From positions 7,782 to 71,781 of the forward strand of contig JAZRAG010000075.1 of the NCBI GenBank assembly GCA_045634445.1: a DNA stretch of 64,000 nucleotides, in the 5' to 3' direction. Position numbers and translations under genes: made by a program. Source of the stretch: Candidatus Spyradenecus sp. GTDB lineage: Bacteria; Verrucomicrobiota; Kiritimatiellia; RFP12; DVOR01. Positions 19,866-29,394 of this stretch are shown piece after piece. Position 1 is the first letter of the stretch. Each line of letters opens with the position of its first letter. The notes under the pieces were generated by a model that ran no database searches, was not told where the DNA came from, and saw only the letters and a program-made list of their open reading frames with translations.

Positions 19866-20717
19866 TTAGCGCTGTGCGTTTTCTTTTGCGTCTGCCATCT
19901 TAAGGAGATTGCAGCTGTCTTCGCGTTCGCGTTGCACGAAGGCACGATTACGCTTCATCAAGTTGTCAAAGTCCACTTGATGGGCGTCAAATTCAGGGCC
20001 ATCAACACAGACGAACTTAATCTTGCCGCCTACGAGCACGCGGCAACCGCCGCACATACCCGTACCATCAATCATGATGGAGTTGAGCGAAGCAGTCGTG
20101 GGCACGTTGAAGGGGAGCGTCGTCAAAGCGCAGAACTTCATCATGATGGGCGGGCCAATCGTGACGCATTCAGCGATGGTTTCGCGTTCGCAGACTTCCT
20201 TGAGCGGTTCGGTGACTAAGGCCTTACGACCATAAGAGCCGTCATCGGTGCAGATGATAAGCTCGTCTGCAATGGCGGCCATTTCCTTTTCAAGGATGAG
20301 AAGATCTTTGGTGCGAGCGCCCATAATGACAATAACCTTGTTGCCTGCGCGCTTCATTGCTTGGGCAATAGGATGCATTGGTGCCACGCCAATGCCACCC
20401 CCCACGCACACTACGGTACCTTTCTTTTCAATATGGGTAGGCTTCCCGAGCGGCCCTAAGAACACCGGAAGCGCATCGCCAGGATTCATCTGAGCGAGCT
20501 TATTGGTTGAGGCGCCAACGGCTTGGAAGATAATGCGCACGGAGCCCTTTTCGGGGTCTGCATCGGCAATGGTGAGTGGGATGCGTTCGCCAAATTGTTC
20601 GTCAATTTGAAGGATGATAAACTGCCCAGCTTGACGTTCTTCTGCAATTAACGGGGCGTGAATCCACATGGAATAGACATCAGCGGATAACTGTTCTTTT
20701 TCAAGGATTGGAAACAT
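19866..20717 (-). CDS. ferredoxin-NADP reductase-like electron transfer subunit (NfnA/SudB-like), FAD + [2Fe-2S]
   Basis: FNR-like beta barrel and GGIGVAPM NAD-binding motif, C-terminal CGGC...C cluster; start chosen at MFPILEKEQ preceded by GGAGAA. Confidence 0.72.
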   Translation of the reverse strand: MFPILEKEQLSADVYSMWIHAPLIAEERQAGQFIILQIDEQFGERIPLTIADADPEKGSVRIIFQAVGASTNKLAQMNPGDALPVFLGPLGKPTHIEKKGTVVCVGGGIGVAPMHPIAQAMKRAGNKVIVIMGARTKDLLILEKEMAAIADELIICTDDGSYGRKALVTEPLKEVCERETIAECVTIGPPIMMKFCALTTLPFNVPTTASLNSIMIDGTGMCGGCRVLVGGKIKFVCVDGPEFDAHQVDFDNLMKRNRAFVQREREDSCNLLKMADAKENAQR

Positions 20718-20770
20718 TTGCTTCTCCAAGGATATAATTGACATCTCAATGTAGAGTATAGCACAGTTCT

Positions 20771-21481
20771 TTACCAAAAACCATAGGCATCAAAGAGAAG
20801 GACGTGTAACCCCAATAGGAGGTTGGTCACCACATGTGCAATAATCGAGGCTCGTAGGCTACCTGTGCGTATAGCTAACGCACCATACGCAATCCCTGCG
20901 AGGAGTCCACCTACATAACGATCGTGTTCAAGCGCGAAGACCACGGCTGTTACCCAAAAGGCATAACGTGTCACCGCTGAAAAGGGGAGGTGCTGCCATG
21001 CTTTTTCGCTGAGCCAACGCATCATGCAGCCACGGAAGAAGAACTCCTCAATCGGTGCAATCACAAAGGCTGATCCGATCAGTTTAATGATGGCAAGTGC
21101 AGGATGTTCGCTATAAGCATAACACCATGAAGCGCTGTAGTCGGGCAACGTTCCAGGCATCATAACGAGCCAACGGCGATAGGTTTCGGTTACCGCAGGC
21201 CATGGCGTACTCTCGGGGAGCGCCCAGAGAACGTAAATCGCTATCCCAATCAAGAGCCCTAATGCCCAGTCACCCTTCACCGCGTGTAACGGTACATAAC
21301 GCCACGGCTTGAGCGTGAGCGTTAGTCCTGCGCAGAACACTGTCTTGACTGCATAAACATATGCGGGAAAGTCAAAGCCGTGTGGGAGGAAGAGCAACAC
21401 AATCCCGGCAATCCATAGGAAGAAGGGCCATGTTAAGGCTCGGGTTGCGCGGGGATTATCGTGAGGGGTTGTTGGCTGCAT
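20771..21481 (-). CDS. CPBP family intramembrane glutamic endopeptidase (CAAX protease/Abi family)
   Basis: EEFFFRG motif, FALEHDRY, second His in IIAHVVTN; polytopic. Confidence 0.72.
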   Translation of the reverse strand: MQPTTPHDNPRATRALTWPFFLWIAGIVLLFLPHGFDFPAYVYAVKTVFCAGLTLTLKPWRYVPLHAVKGDWALGLLIGIAIYVLWALPESTPWPAVTETYRRWLVMMPGTLPDYSASWCYAYSEHPALAIIKLIGSAFVIAPIEEFFFRGCMMRWLSEKAWQHLPFSAVTRYAFWVTAVVFALEHDRYVGGLLAGIAYGALAIRTGSLRASIIAHVVTNLLLGLHVLLFDAYGFW

Positions 21482-21513
21482 AATAGGCTATGAATAATGT
21501 AAAGAGGTGCGAG

Positions 21514-22032
21514 TTAATTGCCTCTGAGGTGAAAGAGCGTCATTAAGAGAATGCGACAGTCAAACCAAAAGGAGCGCTTGGCGACATACTCAAGGTCATA
21601 CTGCACCTTTTCAGCGCGGGTAATGGCATTACGACCATGTACCTGCGCCCAACCTGTAATCCCTGGGCGCACATCATGACGGTGATGTTCGGCTTCGGTA
21701 TATTCGTCGAGATACGCCATCAAAAGCGGGCGCGGTCCGACCAAGGACATTTTACCCGAGAGTACATGAAACAACTCAGGCAATTCGTCCAACGATGTCG
21801 CACGCAAAAAGGCGCCTAATCGTGTGGTGCGCACATCATCGCTTTCTGTGCCAGCGCGCATCGTGCGGAACTTCACCAAGGTAAAGGGTTGGCCATGTAA
21901 TCCTGGGCGCTCTTGACGAAAGAAGACAGGCTTTCCATCTATGCAGCGAATCAAGAGCGTTAAGAGTCCGAACACAGGCATCCATAAGGGCGCTGTAAGC
22001 AAGACTAGAAGCACTTCAATTACGCGTGGCAT
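21514..22032 (-). CDS. small undecaprenyl-phosphate sugar phosphotransferase (bacterial sugar transferase, PglC/WcaJ C-domain type)
   Basis: One TM then conserved RPGLHGQPFTLVKFRTM...GPRP...PGITGWAQV catalytic domain; start at MPRVIEV avoids overlap with nadE. Confidence 0.8.
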   Translation of the reverse strand: MPRVIEVLLVLLTAPLWMPVFGLLTLLIRCIDGKPVFFRQERPGLHGQPFTLVKFRTMRAGTESDDVRTTRLGAFLRATSLDELPELFHVLSGKMSLVGPRPLLMAYLDEYTEAEHHRHDVRPGITGWAQVHGRNAITRAEKVQYDLEYVAKRSFWFDCRILLMTLFHLRGN

Positions 22033-22046
22033 AGGTGATACGGATT

Positions 22047-23876
22047 TTATAGGACGAGGTTGGCGTCGGAGGGTAGCATCCATCCACCACGTGGTGAGAG
22101 CGCAATGCCACCGACAGCAGGTCCATCAGGACTGCAAGAACGCTTGAACTGCTGCGTAATTACGCGACGGCAGAAGATGTCAAGCGTGCGGGTGCGTTCG
22201 GCTTCGGGAATCTCACCATGTAAAAGCGTAGCCAAATCGGCGAGTTGCTCTCTATTACACCCATAACGCATAAAGTACCACAAGAAGCAGTCGTGCAATT
22301 CATAGCGGCCAACGATTGACTCAGTATGTTGCACCCCAGGGACCAATTCAGGCGAAACAGGCGTCTCGCAGATATCCTTCAATACCGCGGTAAGCGTTTC
22401 GGCTGCAACATGATCTGCAGAGGCTAAACGCTCCGTTGCCGCTTCAAGACAGGCGGGAATCAATGTCTTTGTGATGGCGCAGTTCACGGAGTACATGCTC
22501 ATGTGGTCACCATTGTAGGTACTCCACCCGAGTGCAATCTCTGAAAGGTCGCCTGTGCCCACAAGTAACCCGCCCTCTTTATTGGCGATGTCCATGAGCA
22601 ACCACGTACGTGCGCGAGCTTGAGCATTCTCGTAAGTGACATCGTGCGTCTGCGGATCTTGGCCGATATCAGTGAAGTGTTGGGTCACACAGGGCACAAT
22701 TGAAATCTCGCGCAGTTCAGCTCCCAATGTCTTTGCCAATGTACACGCGTTGTTGTACGTGCGATCTGTTGTACCGAAGCCTGGCATTGTCACTGCGATT
22801 ACCGTCTCTGCCGGCAACCCATACTGACGGCAAAGCAACGCGCACACAATCAAGGCAAGCGTTGAGTCTAAGCCGCCTGAGAGCCCCAGAACCAAACGTT
22901 TCGCGCGGATTTGCTGGAAACGGCGTGCCAACGCATGCACCTGCATCTCAAGCAATTCGTGGCAACGTTCCATGCGCGCTGCTGGCGTTTCTGGCAAGAA
23001 GGGGTTCGCGCGTAATTTCGCCTGCGAACCATCACATGCTGTCGCAGGGAGCGTCGCCGTAATGAGGCGCTCAGGTGTCGGTGCTGTGAGATTCGCACGG
23101 AGGCGATGGGCATCAATCCATGCCGGCGAGAAGTCCATCAATGACACCCCTGTCTCCCAACGTGCTTCAGCGCAGAGACGTCCTTCATTGGCTAAGAGAC
23201 GGTGACCGCTGTAAACGCCATCAGTAGAGGATTCACCCATGCCTGCATTGGTGTACACACACGCGCCGCCTGTTGTGCGAGAAAGAAGCGTAAGCGCTTC
23301 ACGACGGAATTGCGGTTTGCCTGCGCCTTCAGGTGAAGCATCCAAGCAGAGGAGGAGATGCGCATCCAAAGTAGACGTAGCGTCCAACGGCAAGCCAAAG
23401 GTTACGGCAAGACGCGCATCTGCGATTGCAAAACGAAGATCCGTGCCAAAAGGTGTGCCATCAGGTAGTGCAACGCATGTTGCAGATGCGGCAGGTGAGA
23501 AACAACGGAAGCGCGGGTCTTGCTTGGGGAGTGTCGCACGCGGCACCACGCCTAAAATGGCGTTGTCTTGAATAACCACCGCGCAGTCGTAGAGCTGGCC
23601 CTCAATGAACAATGGTGCACCGCACACGAAAAGTAATGCCGGTGGCAAGCTTTCACAAAGGTCCATTAATGCGACCTGTGTCTGCTCCTGAAGCGTCCGT
23701 GAGAGGAAGAGGTCGCCACATGTAGCGCCTGTAAGTGATAATGCTGGTGCCACCGCAATGGAAGCCCCTGCCGCAACAGCCTTCTCTGCAGCCGCGAGCA
23801 AAGCAGAAACATTCGCCTGAGGATTCGCAAGCGTAATATCAGGCGTCAATGCCGCCACACGAATAAAACCAGTCAT
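22047..23876 (-). CDS. nadE: glutamine-dependent NAD+ synthetase (nitrilase domain + NadE domain)
   Basis: N-terminal CN-hydrolase domain, C-terminal PP-loop LVLGLSGGLDSTL. Confidence 0.9.
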   Translation of the reverse strand: MTGFIRVAALTPDITLANPQANVSALLAAAEKAVAAGASIAVAPALSLTGATCGDLFLSRTLQEQTQVALMDLCESLPPALLFVCGAPLFIEGQLYDCAVVIQDNAILGVVPRATLPKQDPRFRCFSPAASATCVALPDGTPFGTDLRFAIADARLAVTFGLPLDATSTLDAHLLLCLDASPEGAGKPQFRREALTLLSRTTGGACVYTNAGMGESSTDGVYSGHRLLANEGRLCAEARWETGVSLMDFSPAWIDAHRLRANLTAPTPERLITATLPATACDGSQAKLRANPFLPETPAARMERCHELLEMQVHALARRFQQIRAKRLVLGLSGGLDSTLALIVCALLCRQYGLPAETVIAVTMPGFGTTDRTYNNACTLAKTLGAELREISIVPCVTQHFTDIGQDPQTHDVTYENAQARARTWLLMDIANKEGGLLVGTGDLSEIALGWSTYNGDHMSMYSVNCAITKTLIPACLEAATERLASADHVAAETLTAVLKDICETPVSPELVPGVQHTESIVGRYELHDCFLWYFMRYGCNREQLADLATLLHGEIPEAERTRTLDIFCRRVITQQFKRSCSPDGPAVGGIALSPRGGWMLPSDANLVL

Positions 23877-23998
23877 GAGTCATCCCCTTCATCAAAATCG
23901 CCTACATTATAACACACCCGCGCGTATTCTGCGCGCGTTTGGGTGATAGTGGCAATGCAGTCAATAGGGCCGATGAACGCCAATCGCTGCGGAGCCGC

Positions 23999-26557
23999 TC
24001 ACTCTTCCTGTATTGTGCAAGGAGCGGTGACAGAATAGGTCTTGCCATTGGCCTGCACGCTTACGGTAGTGGGTTGATTTGCCTCAAGTGACCACATGAC
24101 GACGCGTCCTTCGCGCCATTGCAGTGAGACGCGAATCCCATCGTGTGCACGCACACCATGGAGGGAGCCGCCCTTTGCCCATGCAGTAGGGAGCGCTGGC
24201 AATAATTCAATCATTCCCGAGCGCGACTGCACAATCTGCTCCAACATCGCGGCGGCGATGCCATAATTGCCATCTATTTGCAAGGGGATGCGGTGCGAGG
24301 CAAAGCCGTTGTCTAAGACATTGTGTTGCAACAGTCCTTGTATCATAGCATGGGATTCCTCTCCTCGATGGAGGCGTGCCCAGAGTGCCGCTCGCCACGC
24401 CCAAGCCCACGAACGGCGACTGTCGCCTGTGGTTTTGCGTAATCTCAAACTGCGTTCGGCGGCAGTAGCGAGTGTAGGCGTTGTGCTCGGTGAGAGGAGT
24501 GTGCCAGGATAGAGTGCAAAGAGATGTGACGTGTGACGATGGTCGGTCTCAGGGTTGCGGTCAATGAGCCACTCCATGAGATTGCCCCGCTGTCCAATCT
24601 GAGGCGGCACTAATCGCGCCGCGGCTTCGCTAATCTCGGTAAGGAGGGGTGAGGTATGCCCCGATTGATGTGCTCCGGTGAGGGTCGCTTGAAAGAGTTC
24701 GGTGACGATTTGCTGATCATGGGCGACGCCATCTTCTTCGCGCGGTCCGTGTTCGGGTGACCATCCTTTAGGGACGACCAAGGCGCCCGCAGGCAGGGCG
24801 GCGAGTTCTGGATACGCACGCGGATCGACCGCATGACCATTGGAGCAAAACCCCTCGCCGCCAGGGCCGAGCGCCTTGAGCCGTTGAAGCCAGAAGGCAG
24901 AGAGTTCGGTCAAGAGCGGAAGCGCTTCATCCCAACGGGTGGGAGAGGGTGCTGCAAAGGCGGCATGGTCGCGGAAGTGTAAGGCGTACCAGGCTGAAGC
25001 GGGCAGATTCATCTGCCAACCGCCCGCGCCAAAGGGGTTGTGCGATGTATAGACAAGCCATCCAGAGGAGGTGGGGACCTTTTCGCCACGGGCAATGAAG
25101 TACTCGGTAGTGGCGCGTTGGAAACAAGGACGCATGGCTAAGAGGTAGTCAAGGAGGGCGCGATGACATTCGGGTAGGGCGCCTCGTTCGGCAAGCCAAT
25201 AGACCATCTGCGCGTTGATGTTGCTGTGGTAGTCATTTCCCCAAGGTGCTTCGGGATAGGGATTCCAAATACCTTGAAGACCTGCGGGAAGGCCACCAGG
25301 ACGTGAGGTCGCAATGAGAAGATAACGCCCAAAGGCGAGGAAGAGCGCTTCCAAGGCGGGGTCTCCCTCGGGATGGTCGCGATAAGCGGCCAATCGCTGT
25401 GGGGTCGGGAGATCGCGTTCGGGCGCATCAAGCCGTAGCGCAAGGCGACGATAGAGGGCGCGCGTATCTGCGCGATGACGTTCGCGTAAAGCTTCAAAGG
25501 TGAAATCCGCAAGCGCAGAAAAGCGAGCGGCACAACGTTCGGCTGCAGGTGTACCTCGAAAGCCAAGCGCAGGACTCATCTCGTAATTGGTCTCCACTGC
25601 GGTGAGCAACGTCCATTGCCGCACATCCTTGAGAATGAGCGCTTCTGGGGTTACCTCCACCTGCGCAGCATCGCAATGAACCAAACGACTTTGTGAACGG
25701 CATTGGAGGCCATTGGCAAGGGTCGCATCAAGGATGAGTTCGGAGGGCGACAGGGTGAGTGTGTCACTGGGACGATTCCGTGCGAGGGTAATCGCAACGC
25801 GTGCCAACGGTGCATCAGCGGTGTAACGTAGCGCGATGACGCGGTCAGGATAGGAGCAGAAGGCCTCGGAGTGAATCGTTATCCCATTGCGTATGGCAAT
25901 AGCACGCACCGCAGCAGTGTCAAAATCAAGTTCGCGTCGAAAGCCTTCCTTGTGTACGGGCGCGCCGAAGTCAATCAGTAAATCCGCTACGGGTTGTTGG
26001 CCGCCAAATCCCGAGGCTGAATCAGGCCCATGCGAACCATTGTAGGGCTTATCGCCGAGCGCATCAATGCCAGGATTTGCGCCACCAGACCAGAAAGCGG
26101 CCGAGGAAAGCGTGTAGCGGTCACGTCCCGAACCATGAAAGACCGAAACACCCGTAAACCCATTGCCCAATGGATAAGGTTCACCCTCCCACAAGCGTGC
26201 AGGATTGGTGTAACGTCCTTCGGTTAGCGCGTACGTGCGCTCACAAAGGATGTCTACCCCCTCGCCCATGGCACGATGCTTAGGGTAGGAGGGTGGAGGC
26301 GTAGGACGTACTGGCGCTGGCGCACCGATTCGAACGCCCTCAAAAGCCTCTGAAGTTACCGCTGGCACAAGTTGATGTGGGAAGAGTACCGTATAGGCGG
26401 GGCAATCAGACCAAAAACCCTCAAAAGCGCTGCCAGCGACCAACCGCGCTAACGGTGCAATCACCCCTAAAAGAAGAAAGAATCGTCGCCCATTCATACG
26501 CCTCACATTATAACATATGGGCGTGCCTACCGACGCTGTCAAGCGTTTAGATGTCAA
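23999..26557 (-). CDS. secreted glycoside hydrolase, GH95-like (putative alpha-L-fucosidase)
   Basis: Signal peptide after internal Met (MNGRRFFLLLGVIAPLA); GH95-type motif GNDYHSNINAQMVYW; ~830 aa mature size typical of GH95. Confidence 0.65.
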   Translation of the reverse strand: MTSKRLTASVGTPICYNVRRMNGRRFFLLLGVIAPLARLVAGSAFEGFWSDCPAYTVLFPHQLVPAVTSEAFEGVRIGAPAPVRPTPPPSYPKHRAMGEGVDILCERTYALTEGRYTNPARLWEGEPYPLGNGFTGVSVFHGSGRDRYTLSSAAFWSGGANPGIDALGDKPYNGSHGPDSASGFGGQQPVADLLIDFGAPVHKEGFRRELDFDTAAVRAIAIRNGITIHSEAFCSYPDRVIALRYTADAPLARVAITLARNRPSDTLTLSPSELILDATLANGLQCRSQSRLVHCDAAQVEVTPEALILKDVRQWTLLTAVETNYEMSPALGFRGTPAAERCAARFSALADFTFEALRERHRADTRALYRRLALRLDAPERDLPTPQRLAAYRDHPEGDPALEALFLAFGRYLLIATSRPGGLPAGLQGIWNPYPEAPWGNDYHSNINAQMVYWLAERGALPECHRALLDYLLAMRPCFQRATTEYFIARGEKVPTSSGWLVYTSHNPFGAGGWQMNLPASAWYALHFRDHAAFAAPSPTRWDEALPLLTELSAFWLQRLKALGPGGEGFCSNGHAVDPRAYPELAALPAGALVVPKGWSPEHGPREEDGVAHDQQIVTELFQATLTGAHQSGHTSPLLTEISEAAARLVPPQIGQRGNLMEWLIDRNPETDHRHTSHLFALYPGTLLSPSTTPTLATAAERSLRLRKTTGDSRRSWAWAWRAALWARLHRGEESHAMIQGLLQHNVLDNGFASHRIPLQIDGNYGIAAAMLEQIVQSRSGMIELLPALPTAWAKGGSLHGVRAHDGIRVSLQWREGRVVMWSLEANQPTTVSVQANGKTYSVTAPCTIQEE

Positions 26558-26673
26558 TTGCGCAGTGATGAAATAAAATGCGTGCGGAGTGGGAAGGGCG
26601 TGAAGTAAAATAAGGATGTCCTCGCGGAGGTGTTGAGGATTGGTGTATGTTTAACAACAAAAGGAATGAACAG

Positions 26674-27042
26674 ATGAAGAAGATTTTGCTTTTAGCAATG
26701 ATGGCGATGATGTTCGGCCTTGTAGGGTGCGGTTCATCTGAGACGCCAGAGTCTACGGTGACACAGTGGGTAGATGCAGTGCTTGCAGCGGATTATGAGG
26801 CTGCAAATGCGTTGTGTGATGGCTTTGGAATGTCGCTCGCAACGAATGTCACGATTAATCAAACTAAAGACGGAAGCCCTCGCAAGGAAGAGGTGCGTGC
26901 CTTTTTGACAGGATTAAAGGATTTGCGTTCTAAGGTTGAGGGTGACACTGCGAAGGTCTATTGTCCCGCTCGACCTGACAAGCCTATTTTTGAACTTAAA
27001 AAGGTCGATGGTAAGTGGAAGATCGTTGGCGAGGGTATCTAA
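26674..27042 (+). CDS. small lipoprotein, function unknown
   Basis: MKKILLLAMMAMMFGLVGC lipobox; AAGGA RBS before ATG 26674; followed by hairpin terminator. Confidence 0.55.
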   Translation: MKKILLLAMMAMMFGLVGCGSSETPESTVTQWVDAVLAADYEAANALCDGFGMSLATNVTINQTKDGSPRKEEVRAFLTGLKDLRSKVEGDTAKVYCPARPDKPIFELKKVDGKWKIVGEGI

Positions 27043-27067
27043 GCTAAAGGTTTGTTTTAAATTGTTG

Positions 27068-27113
27068 AAGGCGTCCTTGGGTAGTTCCTAAGGATGCCTT
27101 ATTTATATTTTTT
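27068..27113 (+). terminator. intrinsic terminator (11-bp stem aaggcgtcctt/aaggatgcctt + T-run)
   Basis: Inverted repeat with one G-U position followed by atttatatttttt. Confidence 0.6.
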
Positions 27114-27129
27114 AGTTCTTCAATACTTT

Positions 27130-27405
27130 GTACTCTATTTTTCCGGCCGTAACTTATTCATTTTTAATAACTTATTTTGAATATTTTATGGCCGGCAATT
27201 TTAAGCTTAAAATCAGTACAATTTGTACTATTCATGCAAAATTTAAACAGTACAATTTTTTGGGGGCAAGATATTTTAAGGGAAAATTTCCGCTCGGGAA
27301 GAAATCTTAAATAGTACAATTTTTTGCACGGGACTTTTTAGACCTGTCTAGAAAACTTTAGAAAATAGTACGAAGGACCGAAGAAGTGAAACAATAGGGT
27401 TGTGC
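27130..27405. repeat. non-coding direct repeat copy A (~275 bp; contains AGTACAATTTGTACT palindrome 27215-27229 and a 67-bp internal duplication)
   Basis: Aligns base-for-base with 29118-29327 (e.g. GTAACTTATTCATTT, TTTTATGGC, AAAATCAGTACAAT, TATTCATGCAAAATTTAAACAGTACAATTTT, CTGTCTAGAAAACTTT); the two overlapping ORFs are in different frames. Confidence 0.85.
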
Positions 27406-27423
27406 TATCATCATCGGCGTTTT

Positions 27424-27499
27424 CGGTCTCTAACTCAGTTGGTAGAGCACGACACTTTTAATGTTGGGGTCGCGGGTTCGTTCCCCGCGAGACCGGCCA
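27424..27499 (+). tRNA. tRNA-Lys (anticodon TTT)
   Basis: Cloverleaf: acceptor CGGTCTC/GAGACCG, D arm ACTCAGTTGGTAGAGC, anticodon loop CTTTTAA, T arm GCGGGTTCGTTCCCCGC, encoded CCA. Confidence 0.92.
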
Positions 27500-27506
27500 T
27501 CTTAAA

Positions 27507-27536
27507 CCTCTCAAACGCACGTTTGAGAGGTTTTTT
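27507..27536 (+). terminator. intrinsic terminator after tRNA-Lys (cctctcaaac/gtttgagagg + TTTTTT)
   Basis: Perfect 10-bp stem, 4-nt loop, 6 T. Confidence 0.8.
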
Positions 27537-27544
27537 GTTGCCCT

Positions 27545-27580
27545 AAAATAAAAAAATCACCAGCATTTGCTGGTGATTTT
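27545..27580. terminator. bidirectional hairpin atcaccagc/gctggtgat flanked by A-run and T-run
   Basis: 9-bp perfect stem; serves minus-strand gene 27635-28054. Confidence 0.65.
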
Positions 27581-27634
27581 CAATACATTAAATTTGACTA
27601 AAATAATGTATATGGTAAACTAGACGTTATCCCG

Positions 27635-28054
27635 TTAATCGGGAATCGCTGCATAGATTAGTAAAAATAGAAGGCCTAGAACGAAGCCAATTGAGCCTGT
27701 GATAATCCCAGACATCCCCTTTCCGCTTTTAACTTCAGCACATCCACATCCAATGCCTCCTGCGGAAAGAATCATTCCAAACCATGCAGTCCACGATAAC
27801 ACTAAGCCAAGAATACCAAGAACAAGTGCCAAAGTAGCTAAAATACTCGAGTTTTGGCTTCCTTCAAACTCTTGTCGAGGTACAACTAGGGGTGTTGTAT
27901 TGCCCGCTCCAAAAGTATTATAAATCTGAATTGGAGCATTTTGTTGTGAACGAGCTCGATGAAGCTCATTACCACACGCCATACAGAATTTATTCCCAGT
28001 TGATTGCTGCTTTCCACAGTGAGCGCAAAACATTTGTTCGTCAGTCATATCCAC
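27635..28054 (-). CDS. zinc-ribbon membrane protein (DUF4190-like: N-terminal CxxCG...CxxCG ribbon + two Gly-rich TM helices)
   Basis: FCAHCGKQQSTGNKFCMACG then TM hairpin ILATLALVLGILGLVLS / GIITGSIGFVLGLLFLLIY; lower GC than surroundings. Confidence 0.6.
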   Translation of the reverse strand: MDMTDEQMFCAHCGKQQSTGNKFCMACGNELHRARSQQNAPIQIYNTFGAGNTTPLVVPRQEFEGSQNSSILATLALVLGILGLVLSWTAWFGMILSAGGIGCGCAEVKSGKGMSGIITGSIGFVLGLLFLLIYAAIPD

Positions 28055-28729
28055 TTAATCTCTCCATTTAGCGTTAAATTCTTCATGCGACATCTGCCCA
28101 GAGGCGGCATCCACCGCATCTGTGACAACTGCTTGAATAATTATCCCCCAAAGAGCAATGGAAATCACCCACAAGAGGAACGATGTTACGGCAGGACCAT
28201 AATTTTTATTTGTGAGTTTTGCTCGTCTAAACAAATACCAATAAGGGAAAAGACACGACCGAATTCCGATTTCAGCCACTTCTTTTCTATACCCTGCCTT
28301 TTCTAATACTGCTTCATCTTTAAGCGTCAAAATGATTAATACAATTCCCGCACAAATGAAAGCTGCACCCCTCGACGAACTGATGATGCCCACCACATAC
28401 CAAACTATAATCGGCACAATCGCCAGTAACCATGCCCACTTATCCGTTAAGGGAAGCCGCTCTTTCGACTGTTGCGAGGTAGAACTTTTGAAGGCTTCGT
28501 TTTTAACTTTTACGCGCTTGCCAGACGGCAGCGTCACAATTTTATAGGGAGATTCCTGCGAAACACTTTCTTTTTGCAGTGTTTTAGTCTCAGCCACAAG
28601 CGACTCGGTTGTTGAATTATCCAAATGTGTCGGCACGCTCGGTTCAACTAACGACTCATGACTTTTTCCACATTTTGGGCAAAATCGAACTTGAGCTTGA
28701 AGTTCATTTCCACAGTTTGTACAAAACAT
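28055..28729 (-). CDS. zinc-ribbon membrane protein, unknown function
   Basis: MFCTNCGNEL...FCPKCG ribbon, then 3-4 TM helices; abuts the preceding gene with no gap. Confidence 0.55.
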   Translation of the reverse strand: MFCTNCGNELQAQVRFCPKCGKSHESLVEPSVPTHLDNSTTESLVAETKTLQKESVSQESPYKIVTLPSGKRVKVKNEAFKSSTSQQSKERLPLTDKWAWLLAIVPIIVWYVVGIISSSRGAAFICAGIVLIILTLKDEAVLEKAGYRKEVAEIGIRSCLFPYWYLFRRAKLTNKNYGPAVTSFLLWVISIALWGIIIQAVVTDAVDAASGQMSHEEFNAKWRD

Positions 28730-29117
28730 ACCATTTCCTTTCTTTTACTAGCAGTTTTCTTACTAAGCGAAAGGAACTCGTTTTATTTTACTGAGATAAA
28801 ATAAAGCGTGTTCTTCGCCCAATCATCTTCAGTAGAGGCCTACCACAGCCCGAGTGACGACAAGTGAACAGAGAACACGCTAGGAAATGAATCCTAACGC
28901 GCCTCCGCATTACAACTCGTTCACTCAGAGAAAAGTGGTAGTTTCTACTGAACAAATTGTTATGCGTTAACGCATCTTTTAGTACGTCTGAGAGGTGGCA
29001 AGAGGACGCATCACGTCATCGCCCCAATCAAACTATGTGATGGTAGTATAGACCTTTTTAGGATTTAATTCAATAAGAAATTATTGCCCATCACAAAGTA
29101 TTAATTCTTCATTATTC

Positions 29118-29327
29118 CGTACTATATTTGCCGAGTCGTAACTTATTCATTTACAATAACTTATCTTGAATATTTTATGGCAGGTAATTTTAGGCTTAAA
29201 ATCAGTACAATCAGTACTATTCATGCAAAATTTAAACAGTACAATTTTAGGCGGGGACTTTTTGGCCCTGTCTAGAAAACTTTGGAAAATAGTACGGAGG
29301 GCTGAAGAAATGAAACAAATGGGTTTG
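29118..29327. repeat. non-coding direct repeat copy B (~210 bp; AGTACAATCAGTACT palindrome 29203-29217)
   Basis: See copy A; same orientation, ~1.7 kb downstream, no tRNA after it. Confidence 0.85.
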
Positions 29328-29394
29328 CAAATGATTGACGGATTGGGGGCTATAAAGCGTTAAAAACAATGTGAAAAGAGATTACTTTTAAGGG

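Noticed and set aside
27128-27310. 60-aa ORF in repeat copy A (and the 65-aa ORF 29166-29363 in copy B)
   Set aside because: The two repeat copies are homologous at the DNA level but the ORFs are in different frames and unrelated as proteins, so the repeat is non-coding.
27424-29327. Integrative element inserted into tRNA-Lys
   Set aside because: There is no integrase or recombinase, the direct repeats do not include the tRNA 3' end, and the tRNA lies inside rather than at the edge. It is kept only as an islet/repeat finding.
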